DNA from: Candidatus Krumholzibacteriia bacterium
Lineage (GTDB): Bacteria; Krumholzibacteriota; Krumholzibacteriia; JAJRXK01
DNA length: 64,000 nt
NCBI GenBank assembly: GCA_041484665.1
Contig: JBGPIA010000007.1
Location: 96,001 to 160,000, forward strand
Reading direction: 5' to 3'
A program made the position numbers and the translations under genes. Of this stretch, positions 30,083 to 39,880 are shown one piece after another. Numbering within the stretch: position 1 is the first letter of the stretch; each line of letters opens with the position of its first letter. The notes under the pieces were generated by a model. It was not told where the DNA came from. It did not search any database and saw only the letters and a list, made by a program, of their open reading frames with translations.

Positions 30083-30937
30083 TCATCCCAGGTACAGGTC
30101 GGCGGCGGTGAAGAGCAGGAATGCGAGGCCCACGTAGCTGTTCACCGTGAAGAATGCACGGTCGATGTGGGTCAGGTCACCTCCGCGCACCAGCCAATGC
30201 TCGTAGAACAGCAGCGCGGACACGACCGCCACCCCCAGCATCGCCAGCCCGCCCAGCCCAGCCGCGCCCACGGCCATCAGGAACAGCCCGACCGCGGCCA
30301 CGTGCATCCAACGCGCGACCCACAGGGCAGATCGATCCCCGCTGCGGGCGCTCAGGGAGTGGAGTCCCATGCGGCGGTCGAACGCGGTGTCCTGGCAGCC
30401 GTAGATCATATCGAAGCCCGCGACCCAACAGAGCACCGCCGCCGCCAGCAGCAGTGGAAACGGCGCGAATCGCCCGCGCACCGCCAGCCAGGCTCCGACC
30501 GGCGCGGTGGCGAGGGACAGCCCCAGCACCAGATGGCTGGCCGCGGTGAAGCGCTTGGTGAACGAGTACAGGCAGATCACGCCCAGGGCGACGGGCGAGA
30601 GCGCAAGGCACAACGGGTTGAGCTGCCAGGCCGCGAGCACGAGCAGCCCGGCCGCCGCCATTGTGAACGCGATCACGGGCCCTCGGCGCAGCTGCCCCGT
30701 GGGGAGCTCGCGCTGCGCGGTGCGTGGGTTGAGGGCGTCCAGCCGATGGTCTGCCAACCGGTTGAAGGCCATCGCGGTGCTGCGCGCCCCTGCCATGGCC
30801 AGCAGGATCCAGCCCACGGTCGCCGCCCGCGGCCGCCCCTCACTGGCCACCAGCAACGAGAGCACGGCGAACGGCAGGGCGAACACCGTGTGCTCGAACT
30901 TGATCATGCGCAGGATCAGGCGGATCGAACGGAGCAT
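30083..30937 (-). CDS. ubiA: UbiA-family polyprenyltransferase (MqnP-type)
   Basis: MIKFEHTVFALPFA, AMAFNRLADHRLDALNPRT, YSFTKRFT, GFDMIYGCQD. Confidence 0.92.
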   Translation of the reverse strand: MLRSIRLILRMIKFEHTVFALPFAVLSLLVASEGRPRAATVGWILLAMAGARSTAMAFNRLADHRLDALNPRTAQRELPTGQLRRGPVIAFTMAAAGLLVLAAWQLNPLCLALSPVALGVICLYSFTKRFTAASHLVLGLSLATAPVGAWLAVRGRFAPFPLLLAAAVLCWVAGFDMIYGCQDTAFDRRMGLHSLSARSGDRSALWVARWMHVAAVGLFLMAVGAAGLGGLAMLGVAVVSALLFYEHWLVRGGDLTHIDRAFFTVNSYVGLAFLLFTAADLYLG

Positions 30938-31217
30938 GGATCGGGTCGCGAACGGCCGCGGTTGTTGCGGGTGCCGCGGACGTGGCGGGAGTCGTAGGGG
31001 GCTGTTGTGGACCGCCAGGCGACGCCGCGCATTCCCGGGTGCCGTCCGCAGGCGGTTTGACCGTGACCGACGCGACAGCGTACCATGTTGGTGGCCCTCC
31101 CACGACCCCGCACTGCACCACCGCAGCGGGTCGTTGCTGCCGCCGATGGTCAATGACACGGCTGCCAGCCACGGCACGCTCGGCCGAACGCAACCCGCCC
31201 CCGTGGAGATCCCGTCC

Positions 31218-33926
31218 ATGCGCTGGATGGCCGCCCCTGCGCTGCGCCTCTGGTTCCCATGCCGCCTTGCCGTCGCCGTCGCCGGTCGGGCTCGCGCTCA
31301 CACTGGCCGGATCCTTGGGCTCGCCAGCGTCACCGCTGCGCTCGTCGCGGCAGCCTCCGCGCTCGTCCCGGCGCTGGCAACCCCGCGTGAGGCCGGCGCC
31401 GCCTCCGCGTCGCACGACCTGCCCGCCGTCGCGATGGGGCCGGTGAACGTAGCGGGTGGCCCCGTGCTCGACGCCCGGCTGCGGTACTTGCGCGGCCAGC
31501 AGCAGGTGAACAAAGCCCCGCTTGGCGTGCGGGACCTCGTGCCCATCACCCTGCGCTTCGCCGCTCCCCCCGACGCCGCGACCCTCGGCCAGGCGCGCGC
31601 CGCCGGCGCACAGTTCTATCCGGAGGTATGGCGGGGCGCGCGGGCGGGCGGTCGAGCGGTCGCGGCGCAGCCCGGCGCGCGCGCGGCCGTTCCCACCGCC
31701 GGCGCGGGCCGGGCCGCGCCCGCATCCGGCGCCGAGCTCGCCGCGCAACAGGGCATCTTGGGCGCCCGGACGATCTTCCCGGCCACGGTCGCCTGGGCGG
31801 ATCTCGACCAGCTCGCCGCGCTGCCCGCAATCCTACGCGTCGAGGCCTCCTGGAGCCCGCAACCCCGGATCGCCCCGCTGTACCAGACGCGCGCGATGGT
31901 TGGCGCCGAGGCCGCCTGGCAGCTCCACGACGCGCAGGATCGGCCGCTCTTGGGAACGGGTGTCGTGATCGGCGACGTCGACACCGGCGTCGACGTCTAC
32001 CACCCGGATTTCTGGCGCGCCGACGGGCCCAGCTACAGTTGGATCGACGTCGACGACAGCGGCACGCTGACCGACGGGGACGCCGTCGACCTCAATGGCA
32101 ACCTGGCCGCTGACGCGGGTGAGACGGTGCGCTGGCTGGATGCGCCCGGCAACGCGCCCGGGCAGGCCGGCGTGCACAATCCCACGATCGACCACGTGTA
32201 CCTGGATGCGAACGGCAACGGCGTGCGGGACTTCGGTCCGCCCGCCTTCGGCGAGACCGATCCCACCTTCGGCGAGCGCGTCTTGCGTGGGCGCGACCTC
32301 GACAGCGATGGGGTGCTGGAGCCTGGCGAGCCGCTGGTTGCCCTGCAGTCGTGCAAGGTGCTGGCAGTCTACCAGACCGACGACACCGTCCGGCGGCTGG
32401 GCGTCGACCTGATGGGCAACGAGGGCGACACCTTCGGGCATGGCACCAACGTCGCCAGCATCCTCGCGGGCGGCGAGCCGGGCCGCTGGTTCGGCGGGCT
32501 CGCGCCGGGAGCATCACTGCTGTTCGCCAACATCACCTTCCAGGAGGACCCACCGTTCGTTACGCCGCTGGACGTGCGCATGGCGTGGTTGGTGAGCCAG
32601 GGCGCCGACGTGATCCTCTACGAGGACGGCGAGTGGATCTGGCACTTCCTGGACGGCTCCGACAACGTCGAGCAGCTCCTCGATGAGTACGCCGCGATGG
32701 GCGTGATCCAGGTCGCAGCTGCCGGCAACCTGGCCACCGGCGGAATGCACTGGAAGGAGTCGCTGGGCGTCGCGACGGGAGACAGCGTGGTGGCGCTGCT
32801 GCACTCCGCGTCGAGCACGTCCAGCCTCCCCATCACCAAGGCGTGGGGCCAGTTCTACTGGATCCCGCGCGCCAACGAGACGGTGGAGGTGGCGCTGCAG
32901 ACGCCCAACGGGCACCGCCTGGTGCTGGGCGCAACGGGACAGACCGTGGCACTGCCCGGTTACGACGTCTACGCGGCCGCCGATCTGAGCCCGCGCGGCA
33001 CGTATCGCGTCGACTTCGGGCTGGCGCTGTCCGCCGATTCGACCACGACGCGCCTGGACGGCCAGTGGCGCTTCGTGCTGCGGCGCACGGGCGCTTCGGC
33101 CGGCAGCCCCCTGGCCGTGCACGCCATGTCGTTCGACAATCGCAGCGGATGGTTCGGGAGCACGACCTGGGGCAGCGCCACGATGGAAGGCACCGTCACC
33201 TGGCCGGCGACCGCCGACAGCGCGATCGTGGCAGCCGCCTACAACCCGGCGGGCGGCGCCCTCAACAACTTCAGCGGACGCGGCCCGCGCGTGGACGGGC
33301 GCAACGTGATCGACGTCACCGCGCCCGGCAGCATCACGTACACGGCGTATCGCAATCAGGACCGGGGTGGCGTCCCCGGCGGCTACGGCGCCTTCGGCGG
33401 CACGAGCGCCGCCACGCCCCACGTGGCGGCTTCCTGCGCGCTGCTGCGGCAATGGAATCCCTACGCGACGCAGGGCCAGATCCGACACATGCTGCGCCTG
33501 GGCGCCATCGTCGACGGCCAGACCGGCGCGGTGCCCAACGACGACTGGGGCTACGGCAAGCTGCAGGTGTACCAAGCTGCGCTCGTGGGACCCTCGGGCA
33601 CGCAGGGCGAGGGCGACACCCCCGGCTCGCGCCCACCGGAGCGCGGCACACGGCCGATCGTCGCGCCCAACGTACCCAACCCGTTCAATCCGGCGACGTC
33701 GATCCGCTACGAGCTGCCCCACGCGGGCGATGTCGTGGTGGAGATCTTCGACCTGGCGGGACGGCGGGTCGCCACGTTGCGCCGTGGCAGCGAGCCCGCT
33801 GGCGCGCATGCGGTGCGCTGGAACGGCGCCGACGATGCCGGAACGCGCGTGGGCAGCGGTGTGTATCTGGTGCTCGTGGGCCTGGATGGCGAGGCGGCCG
33901 CCCGCAAGATCGCGCTGATCAAGTAG
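31218..33926 (+). CDS. S8 subtilisin-like serine protease with FlgD-like/T9SS-type C-terminal domain
   Basis: Catalytic triad GDVDTG / GHGTNVA / GTSAATP, AAAGN, Ca-loop inserts (DVDDSG, DLNGN), C-terminal PNPFNP. Confidence 0.88.
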   Translation: MRWMAAPALRLWFPCRLAVAVAGRARAHTGRILGLASVTAALVAAASALVPALATPREAGAASASHDLPAVAMGPVNVAGGPVLDARLRYLRGQQQVNKAPLGVRDLVPITLRFAAPPDAATLGQARAAGAQFYPEVWRGARAGGRAVAAQPGARAAVPTAGAGRAAPASGAELAAQQGILGARTIFPATVAWADLDQLAALPAILRVEASWSPQPRIAPLYQTRAMVGAEAAWQLHDAQDRPLLGTGVVIGDVDTGVDVYHPDFWRADGPSYSWIDVDDSGTLTDGDAVDLNGNLAADAGETVRWLDAPGNAPGQAGVHNPTIDHVYLDANGNGVRDFGPPAFGETDPTFGERVLRGRDLDSDGVLEPGEPLVALQSCKVLAVYQTDDTVRRLGVDLMGNEGDTFGHGTNVASILAGGEPGRWFGGLAPGASLLFANITFQEDPPFVTPLDVRMAWLVSQGADVILYEDGEWIWHFLDGSDNVEQLLDEYAAMGVIQVAAAGNLATGGMHWKESLGVATGDSVVALLHSASSTSSLPITKAWGQFYWIPRANETVEVALQTPNGHRLVLGATGQTVALPGYDVYAAADLSPRGTYRVDFGLALSADSTTTRLDGQWRFVLRRTGASAGSPLAVHAMSFDNRSGWFGSTTWGSATMEGTVTWPATADSAIVAAAYNPAGGALNNFSGRGPRVDGRNVIDVTAPGSITYTAYRNQDRGGVPGGYGAFGGTSAATPHVAASCALLRQWNPYATQGQIRHMLRLGAIVDGQTGAVPNDDWGYGKLQVYQAALVGPSGTQGEGDTPGSRPPERGTRPIVAPNVPNPFNPATSIRYELPHAGDVVVEIFDLAGRRVATLRRGSEPAGAHAVRWNGADDAGTRVGSGVYLVLVGLDGEAAARKIALIK

Positions 33927-34043
33927 CGCCCGGCGCGGCGCTTGGCAGCCAACGCGCCCGTGCGGTCAGACCCGCGAGGCTGTGGGCCCACGATCCCACG
34001 GTCGACGGCTTCTCCCGAGCGCCGGGATGAAGGTGGCGCGAGA

Positions 34044-34277
34044 TCAGCTCCCGCGCCGCCAGCGGCGGAAGGCGGAGAACAAGAGCGAGCCCAGCACCGA
34101 GACGACCAGGCTCGAGACGATCGGAATGCAGACCGTTGTGTTGCCCTTGCGCCAGGTGATGTCGCCGGGCAGGCGGCCCAATGGCAGGCCGATCTTGCTG
34201 ATGCCCCAGACGAGCAGCCCCACCGCGGCAATGCCCAGCCCGACCAGAACCAGCAGCCTGCTCAGCTCCATGATCAT
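34044..34277 (-). CDS. DUF2905-family small membrane protein
   Basis: LGRLPGDI...PIVSSLVVS. Start overlaps the ubiX stop. Confidence 0.85.
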   Translation of the reverse strand: MIMELSRLLVLVGLGIAAVGLLVWGISKIGLPLGRLPGDITWRKGNTTVCIPIVSSLVVSVLGSLLFSAFRRWRRGS

Positions 34278-34885
34278 GACGGTCGTTCCTCCTGCGGGTC
34301 GTCCCCCCACGGCTGAACGAGGCGGACCGCCACGCCCAGCTGGGTGCAGACCCTCTGCACGATGAAGTCTACCAGATCGTCGATGCCACGCGGGCGGTGG
34401 TAGAAGCCGGGCGCCGCGGGCATCACGACGGCACCCGCCCGCGTCACCTGCGCCATGTTCTCCAAGTGCACCAGGCTCAACGGCGTCTCGCGGAACAACA
34501 GCACGAGCCGCCGCCGCTCCTTCAGCATCACGTCCGCGGCGCGGGTCACCAGGTCGTCGCTCGCGCCATGTGCGATGCGCCCGAGCGTCCCGAGGCTGCA
34601 TGGCACGATGGCCATCCCCTGGTAGGGGGCCGACCCGCTGGCCATGGGCGCGCGGAAGTCGCCGCGTTCGAAGAGGCGCAGCCGGCCGCGCCCATGGGCG
34701 CGACGCTGCGACTCCTCCAGGACCTCCGGCAGAGGCCGGTCGAGCTCGGTGCGGCACACCTCGTCTGCCTGCGGGCTCCAGGTGAGGTGGAGTTCCTCCC
34801 CGGCGTCCAGCAGCACCTGCAGCAGGCGCCGCCAGTACGGCGCCCCGCTGGCTCCGGTGATGGCGATGGCAATGGGCGCGGCCAT
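34274..34885 (-). CDS. ubiX: Flavin prenyltransferase
   Basis: AITGASG, ASGS, PCSLGTL, RAADVMLKERR, RETPLS, PGFYHRP. Confidence 0.93.
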   Translation of the reverse strand: MAAPIAIAITGASGAPYWRRLLQVLLDAGEELHLTWSPQADEVCRTELDRPLPEVLEESQRRAHGRGRLRLFERGDFRAPMASGSAPYQGMAIVPCSLGTLGRIAHGASDDLVTRAADVMLKERRRLVLLFRETPLSLVHLENMAQVTRAGAVVMPAAPGFYHRPRGIDDLVDFIVQRVCTQLGVAVRLVQPWGDDPQEERPS

Positions 34886-34995
34886 GGCGATGACGATAGG
34901 GCAGCCCGCGCGGGACGGCCACCTCGCAGCCACCTGGTTGCGGCAGACGCAGCCCCGCTCTGATCCAGCCCCGCCCTTGCGAGGCCCGCGCGGTC

Positions 34996-36300
34996 CTAGC
35001 GCCCCGCCACCACCGCCTTGAACGACTCCTGCGCCGCCTGCAGGGTGCGCTCCACTTCGGCGGGCCCGTGAACGGCGCTCACGAAGAACGCCTCGAACGG
35101 CGATGGCGCCAGGTAGACCCCGCGCTGCAGCATCGCGGCGTGGAAGCGATAGAACGCCGCGCTGTCGGACTTCACGGCGTCGGCGAAGTTGCGGATCGGC
35201 CGGCCGGCGTCCGCGAAGTACGCGCAGCCCATGCTGCCGACCGACTGCACGCGTAGCGGCACGCCGGCTGCGCGCGCGGCGGCAGCCATCCCCTCGCAAA
35301 GAGAACGGGTCGTGGCCTCCAGCCGCCCGAACAGAGCGGGGTCGTCGCGCAGGATGCGCAGCACGGCCAGCCCGGCGGCCACCGCCAACGGGTTTCCGCT
35401 GAGCGTGCCCGCCTGATAGATGGGCCCCACCGGGCTGATCTGCTCCATCAGGTCGCGCCGTCCGCCGTAGGCGGCCAGGGGCAGCCCGCCGCCCACGACC
35501 TTGCCCATGGTCGTCAGGTCGGGCGCGATCCCGAAGCGTCCCTGGGCGCTGCGCGGCCCGGCGCGCAGGCCGGTCATCACCTCGTCGAAGATGAGGACAG
35601 CGCCGTGGCGCGTGCACAGGTCGCGCAGTCCCTCCAGGTAACCCGGCTCGGGCAGCGCGCAGCCCATGTTGCCGGCCACCGGCTCCACGATCACCGCGGC
35701 GATCTGGCCCGCGTTCGCCTCGAACAGACGCGCCACCGCGGGCAGGTCGTTGTACTCGCAGGTCAGGGTGTCGGCGGCGGTCTTCGGCGGCACTCCGGGG
35801 CTGCTGGGCGTGCCGTGGGTGGCCAGCCCGCTGCCGGCCTGGATCAGGAAGGCATCGCCATGGCCGTGATAGCAGCCGATGAACTTCACGAGCTTGTCGC
35901 GCGAGGTCGCGCCGCGCGCCAGGCGCACGGCGGACATGGTCGCCTCGGTGCCGCTGCTGACCAGCCGCACCATCTCGACGCTCGGGAAGGTCTCGATCAA
36001 GAGCTCCGCCAGCTCCACCTCTCGCCGCGTCGGCGCGCCGAACGTGGTGCCATCTCGCGCGGCCTGCGCGATGGCCGCGAGCACGGCCGGGTGGGCGTGA
36101 CCGAGGATCAGCGGGCCCCAGCTGCCAACGTAGTCGACGTAGCGGTGGCCGTCCTCGTCGTGCAGGTAGGCACCCTCTCCCCGCACGATGAATGGTGGCA
36201 GGACGTGGGCGCCGCGGAAGGCCCGCACCGGGCTGTTCACACCCCCCGGGATCACCCGGCGTGCGCGCTCGAACAGCTCCTTGCTGATGGACTGGTCCAT
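34996..36300 (-). CDS. hemL: Glutamate-1-semialdehyde 2,1-aminomutase
   Basis: IPGGVNSPVRAF, YVGSWGP, SGTEATM, FDEVMTG, GKVVGGG, AGTLSGNP. Confidence 0.96.
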   Translation of the reverse strand: MDQSISKELFERARRVIPGGVNSPVRAFRGAHVLPPFIVRGEGAYLHDEDGHRYVDYVGSWGPLILGHAHPAVLAAIAQAARDGTTFGAPTRREVELAELLIETFPSVEMVRLVSSGTEATMSAVRLARGATSRDKLVKFIGCYHGHGDAFLIQAGSGLATHGTPSSPGVPPKTAADTLTCEYNDLPAVARLFEANAGQIAAVIVEPVAGNMGCALPEPGYLEGLRDLCTRHGAVLIFDEVMTGLRAGPRSAQGRFGIAPDLTTMGKVVGGGLPLAAYGGRRDLMEQISPVGPIYQAGTLSGNPLAVAAGLAVLRILRDDPALFGRLEATTRSLCEGMAAAARAAGVPLRVQSVGSMGCAYFADAGRPIRNFADAVKSDSAAFYRFHAAMLQRGVYLAPSPFEAFFVSAVHGPAEVERTLQAAQESFKAVVAGR

Positions 36301-36546
36301 GGGAATCGAAGCGAAGGCTAGCGTCTGGTGCGCGCCTTTCCAACCAGGAACTGGTCTGCGGGCCGGCAGGACCCAGGCTCCACCGCCGGTCGATGCGGAG
36401 TTCGCATCACGTCGATGGGGGCGGCTGCCTGCTTCCAATCCGGCGGTGCAACGGCTAGAATCGATGGCATCGGCCCCCAGGGTCGGCTGCACGGCGCCCC
36501 CGGCACGCGCCGGCTCGCAGCGCTCCCCCCCACGACGGATCCGCCG

Positions 36547-37131
36547 ATGACGCCTTTCGCTCCCGCACTCAACGGTCACGCCCAAGACCTGATTCGGCGT
36601 CTCGACGGCGCGGTCGCGGCCGCGGACACCGCCTTGGCTTGCCAGAACGTGAAGCGCGTGCTCGAGGATGTGGTCTGTAGCGAAACCCAGATCCTCGGCG
36701 ATCCCTTCCTGGAGCCCGCGCCCGGAACCTACGCGCGGAGGCTTCTTCATCGTGACCCGGGCGGTCGCTACACGGTGGTCGTGATGGTCTGGGATCGCGG
36801 CCAGGGGACCCCGCTGCACGATCACTCGGGCATCTGGTGCGTGGAGTGCGTGTACCGTGGCCGCATCGAGGTGAGCTCCTTCGACATCAAGGGCGATCCG
36901 TCTGCTGCGGTCGTCGACTTCGTCTGCCGCTCGGATATCGTGGCGGGGGTGGGCGAGGCCGGAGCGCTCATCCCGCCGTTCGAGTACCACTGGATCCGCA
37001 ACCCCGACCCCACTGCGGCCGTCACCGTGCATGTCTACGGCGGCGAGATGAACCGGGCCAATACCTTCCTCCCACTCCCGGGCGGAGGGTATCGGCGCGA
37101 GACGCACGAGCTCAGCTACACCACGGGCTGA
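36547..37131 (+). CDS. Cysteine dioxygenase-family cupin
   Basis: YARRLLH, WDRGQGTPLHDH, EYH, VHVYG (three-His metal site). Confidence 0.85.
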   Translation: MTPFAPALNGHAQDLIRRLDGAVAAADTALACQNVKRVLEDVVCSETQILGDPFLEPAPGTYARRLLHRDPGGRYTVVVMVWDRGQGTPLHDHSGIWCVECVYRGRIEVSSFDIKGDPSAAVVDFVCRSDIVAGVGEAGALIPPFEYHWIRNPDPTAAVTVHVYGGEMNRANTFLPLPGGGYRRETHELSYTTG

Positions 37132-37167
37132 GCGGACCGCGTCCCGGATGAACGTCTCCCCTGGTCG

Positions 37168-38337
37168 ATGATCTCCTCTCGCGACGCCTCTCCCGACGCC
37201 TCCGCCAGCGCCCCGCTGGCTGCACGGGCCTGCGGGCCGTCGCCGTCTGGCGCCGCGGCGGCCTTGGGGCGGTCCAGCGACACGCAGCGCTCCACCACGC
37301 CCGGCGACTCGTCGAATGCCGGCCCATCCGGCGCCACGCCGCGCCGTTGGAGCGCCATCGTGCCGGGGCTCTTGCTGTGCGTGGCGCTCGCCGCGGCCTC
37401 GCTGCTGCTGGCGGGGCACCCGTGGATCAAGGACACGCTGCATGTCAGCGCGCTCCTCTTGGTGATCCTGCTGGGGATGGCCTGGACTGCGGTGCTGGGC
37501 GTTCCCGCGCCTGCCCGCCCGGGCGTCTTGCTGGCGCAGCGCCCAGTGCTGCGCTGGGCCGTGGCCGGGCTGGGATGGCGGCTCAGCATCGCCGAGCTCT
37601 GGAAAATTGGCGGGCCGGGGCTGGCCGTGGTGCTGGTGTCGACGCTCGCGGCGCTCGTGTTCGGCTGGTGGATCGCGCGCCGCCTGGGCGTGGACGAGAA
37701 ACTGGCCCTGCTGCTGGGGGTCGGCGGGGCGATCTGCGGAGCCTCGGCGGTGGTGGCGGCCGATAGCGTCGTGCAGGGTGAGAAGCGCGACTCGGCGCTG
37801 GCGCTCGCCATCATCACGCTGCTGGGTACGATCGGCATCGTGCTCTATCCGCTGCTGCAGCGCGCGCTGGGCATGAGCGACTTCGTCTACGGCGTGTGGG
37901 ACGGCGCAAGCCTCCACGAGATGGCGCAGGTCGTGGCGGCGGGGTTTGGAGTGAGCGAAGAGGCGGCGCGTGTGGCGACCGTGGTCAAATTGGCGCGCAT
38001 CTGCCTGCTGGCCCCCGTCGTGGTGGGTCTGGGTTGGTGGATGCGCCGGCGCCACGCCCACACCGGCCAGGCACACGTTGCGCCGGTACCGTGGTTCCTG
38101 GTGCTGTTCGTGGTGTTCGCGGCAGCCAGCTCTAGCGCGCTGTTGCCGCCGCGGTGGCTGGCCGCAGCGCGCCAGGCCGACCTGTGGCTCTTGTGCGTGG
38201 GAATGGCCGGCGTGGGTCTGCAAACCGGTTTCGCGCAGCTGCGCGCGGCGGGGCTGCGTCCCATCGCGGCCGCAGCCTTGCAATGGGTGTTCCTCGCGCT
38301 GCTGGCCTACCTCTTGGCATGGAGGCTGTGCCGGTAG
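37168..38337 (+). CDS. YeiH/PSE-family putative sulfate/sulfite exporter
   Basis: GGAICGASAV, ASLHEMAQVVAA, VKLARICLL, PWFL, GMAGVGLQT. True start may lie downstream. Confidence 0.85.
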   Translation: MISSRDASPDASASAPLAARACGPSPSGAAAALGRSSDTQRSTTPGDSSNAGPSGATPRRWSAIVPGLLLCVALAAASLLLAGHPWIKDTLHVSALLLVILLGMAWTAVLGVPAPARPGVLLAQRPVLRWAVAGLGWRLSIAELWKIGGPGLAVVLVSTLAALVFGWWIARRLGVDEKLALLLGVGGAICGASAVVAADSVVQGEKRDSALALAIITLLGTIGIVLYPLLQRALGMSDFVYGVWDGASLHEMAQVVAAGFGVSEEAARVATVVKLARICLLAPVVVGLGWWMRRRHAHTGQAHVAPVPWFLVLFVVFAAASSSALLPPRWLAAARQADLWLLCVGMAGVGLQTGFAQLRAAGLRPIAAAALQWVFLALLAYLLAWRLCR

Positions 38338-38414
38338 CGGCGCCGTGCGCAGCCACCCGGGCCCATCGCGATCCCGCCGTACCGGGAGGAGGCTTCCGCG
38401 CAGGACAAAGGCGG

Positions 38415-39119
38415 TCAGCGGGAGGTCGCAGCGGCACCCTGCTCGGATCCTCCTGCGGGGCTCGACTTCGCGGAAACGGCCACCGACGGGCCAGCGGGAT
38501 CGCCGACGGAGGCGCTCCCCGCGGCCATCTGCGCCATCGCCAGCGCGAGCCGGACCGTCTGCCCGATCCAGCGGGCCGGGGCTTCGCTGGCACGATCGGC
38601 AGCCTGCGGCAGCCAGCTCAGCAGATGGCGCTGCAGGTACTCCGCCCGCGCGCGGCCGATCTGCGCCAACGCCTCCCCCTGGCAGCCGCGGCGCAGCGTC
38701 TCGTCCTCCAGATGGAAGAGATGCGCCACAAACTCCAGCTGGTGTCGCAGGTGGTCTGCGGTCTCGTTGGCGCTGGAGCGCAGGCGCAGCCCAAACGCTT
38801 GGTAGAAGAGGATGTTCTCGTGCAGAACCTGCGGCACTGGACCGCGCCGGTTGTAATGCGACTCCAGCAGCGGCACCGGTGGGTGCGGCGCCCCCGCGTC
38901 GAAGGCCTCGATGTACTGGGCTTCGTACGCCTTGGCGCGCGTGGGGAGCCGCAGGGCTCCCTCGCGCTGCGGCCAGTCCGCCAGCTGCGCCAGACGCGCG
39001 AACATGCTGCGCGTGGAGCGAGCGCTCAGCCATTCCCACTGCTGCGCGCTCGGGGCGCGGAAGAGATCGTGCATGAAGAGGAAGGCGGCCTTCAGATCGG
39101 ACGGTGCGACCGTGGTCAT
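38415..39119 (-). CDS. TorD/DmsD/NarJ-family molybdoenzyme maturation chaperone
   Basis: YIEAFD...PLLESHY, FYQAFGL, ETADHLRHQLEF. Last gene of the molybdoenzyme operon. Confidence 0.85.
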   Translation of the reverse strand: MTTVAPSDLKAAFLFMHDLFRAPSAQQWEWLSARSTRSMFARLAQLADWPQREGALRLPTRAKAYEAQYIEAFDAGAPHPPVPLLESHYNRRGPVPQVLHENILFYQAFGLRLRSSANETADHLRHQLEFVAHLFHLEDETLRRGCQGEALAQIGRARAEYLQRHLLSWLPQAADRASEAPARWIGQTVRLALAMAQMAAGSASVGDPAGPSVAVSAKSSPAGGSEQGAAATSR

Positions 39120-39880
39120 TATGGCCCCACCTCGTACCAAGTGCTGAAGTACTTCAGCCCAGCGCGCTGCTGGCGTTCGCCGTCCCAGAAGGCGAAGGCC
39201 AGCGGCGTGCGCGGCGCCGGCGCAGGCAGCTCGAGCACGACCTCCCAGCCGCCCGCCGTGCGCCGCGCCGCGCCCGGAAACGACTCGCCGGTCGGCTCCG
39301 TCGATCCGCGCCCCGCGGCGCGCAGTCGCTCGAAGCCCCGCGCGGCGTCCCAGTAGTAGAGGCTCACCGGAGCGTCCTTGTCACCCATCATGAGCGCCGG
39401 GTACGTGGCACGCTCGCCGTCGGTCGCGGGCACCATCACGCACGCGGCGTCTGCGAAGCGCTCGATATCCATGGAGTGCTCCTTGTAGATGCGCTCGTCG
39501 CCGCCATCCGGGACGCGTTGTGGCGCGCGGGCGCGACTCTCGGTGGGATCCTGCCAGCGCAAGCGCACGAGCAGCTTGTCCTGCACCCTGGCCAGCGTCA
39601 CCCAGGCGACCGGCCGCGCGCCGTCGTCGACGGGATCGCCCTCGTAGATCGGCGGGGTGAGATTCAGATGGAGCGGCGCCTCCTCCAAGCCTGTCCAGCC
39701 ATCCGCGGCATTGCGCAGCTCGTCCGCGCTGCGACCGGACGACGTCACGGACAGCACGACCGCCCCATCCTCGACCGCGGGCGTCGCCTTGGCCGCGGCG
39801 ACCGCCGCCATGGGTACGACCGCGACCAGAAGCCCAGACAGCCGGAGGATCCAGGCTGCTCGCACCTCAATGACAGCCAT
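39119..39880 (-). CDS. Type II DMSO-reductase-family gamma subunit (EbdC-like periplasmic heme b protein)
   Basis: Signal peptide, RLRWQDPT, FADAACVM, LMMGD, AFAFWDGERQQRAGLK (Met/Lys heme b ligand pattern). Confidence 0.85.
   Translation of the reverse strand: MAVIEVRAAWILRLSGLLVAVVPMAAVAAAKATPAVEDGAVVLSVTSSGRSADELRNAADGWTGLEEAPLHLNLTPPIYEGDPVDDGARPVAWVTLARVQDKLLVRLRWQDPTESRARAPQRVPDGGDERIYKEHSMDIERFADAACVMVPATDGERATYPALMMGDKDAPVSLYYWDAARGFERLRAAGRGSTEPTGESFPGAARRTAGGWEVVLELPAPAPRTPLAFAFWDGERQQRAGLKYFSTWYEVGP

Noticed and set aside
36301..39039. Apparent 900-aa N-terminal extension of HemL
   Set aside because: It runs antisense to the dioxygenase and YeiH genes. HemL homology begins at the ATG at 36300.
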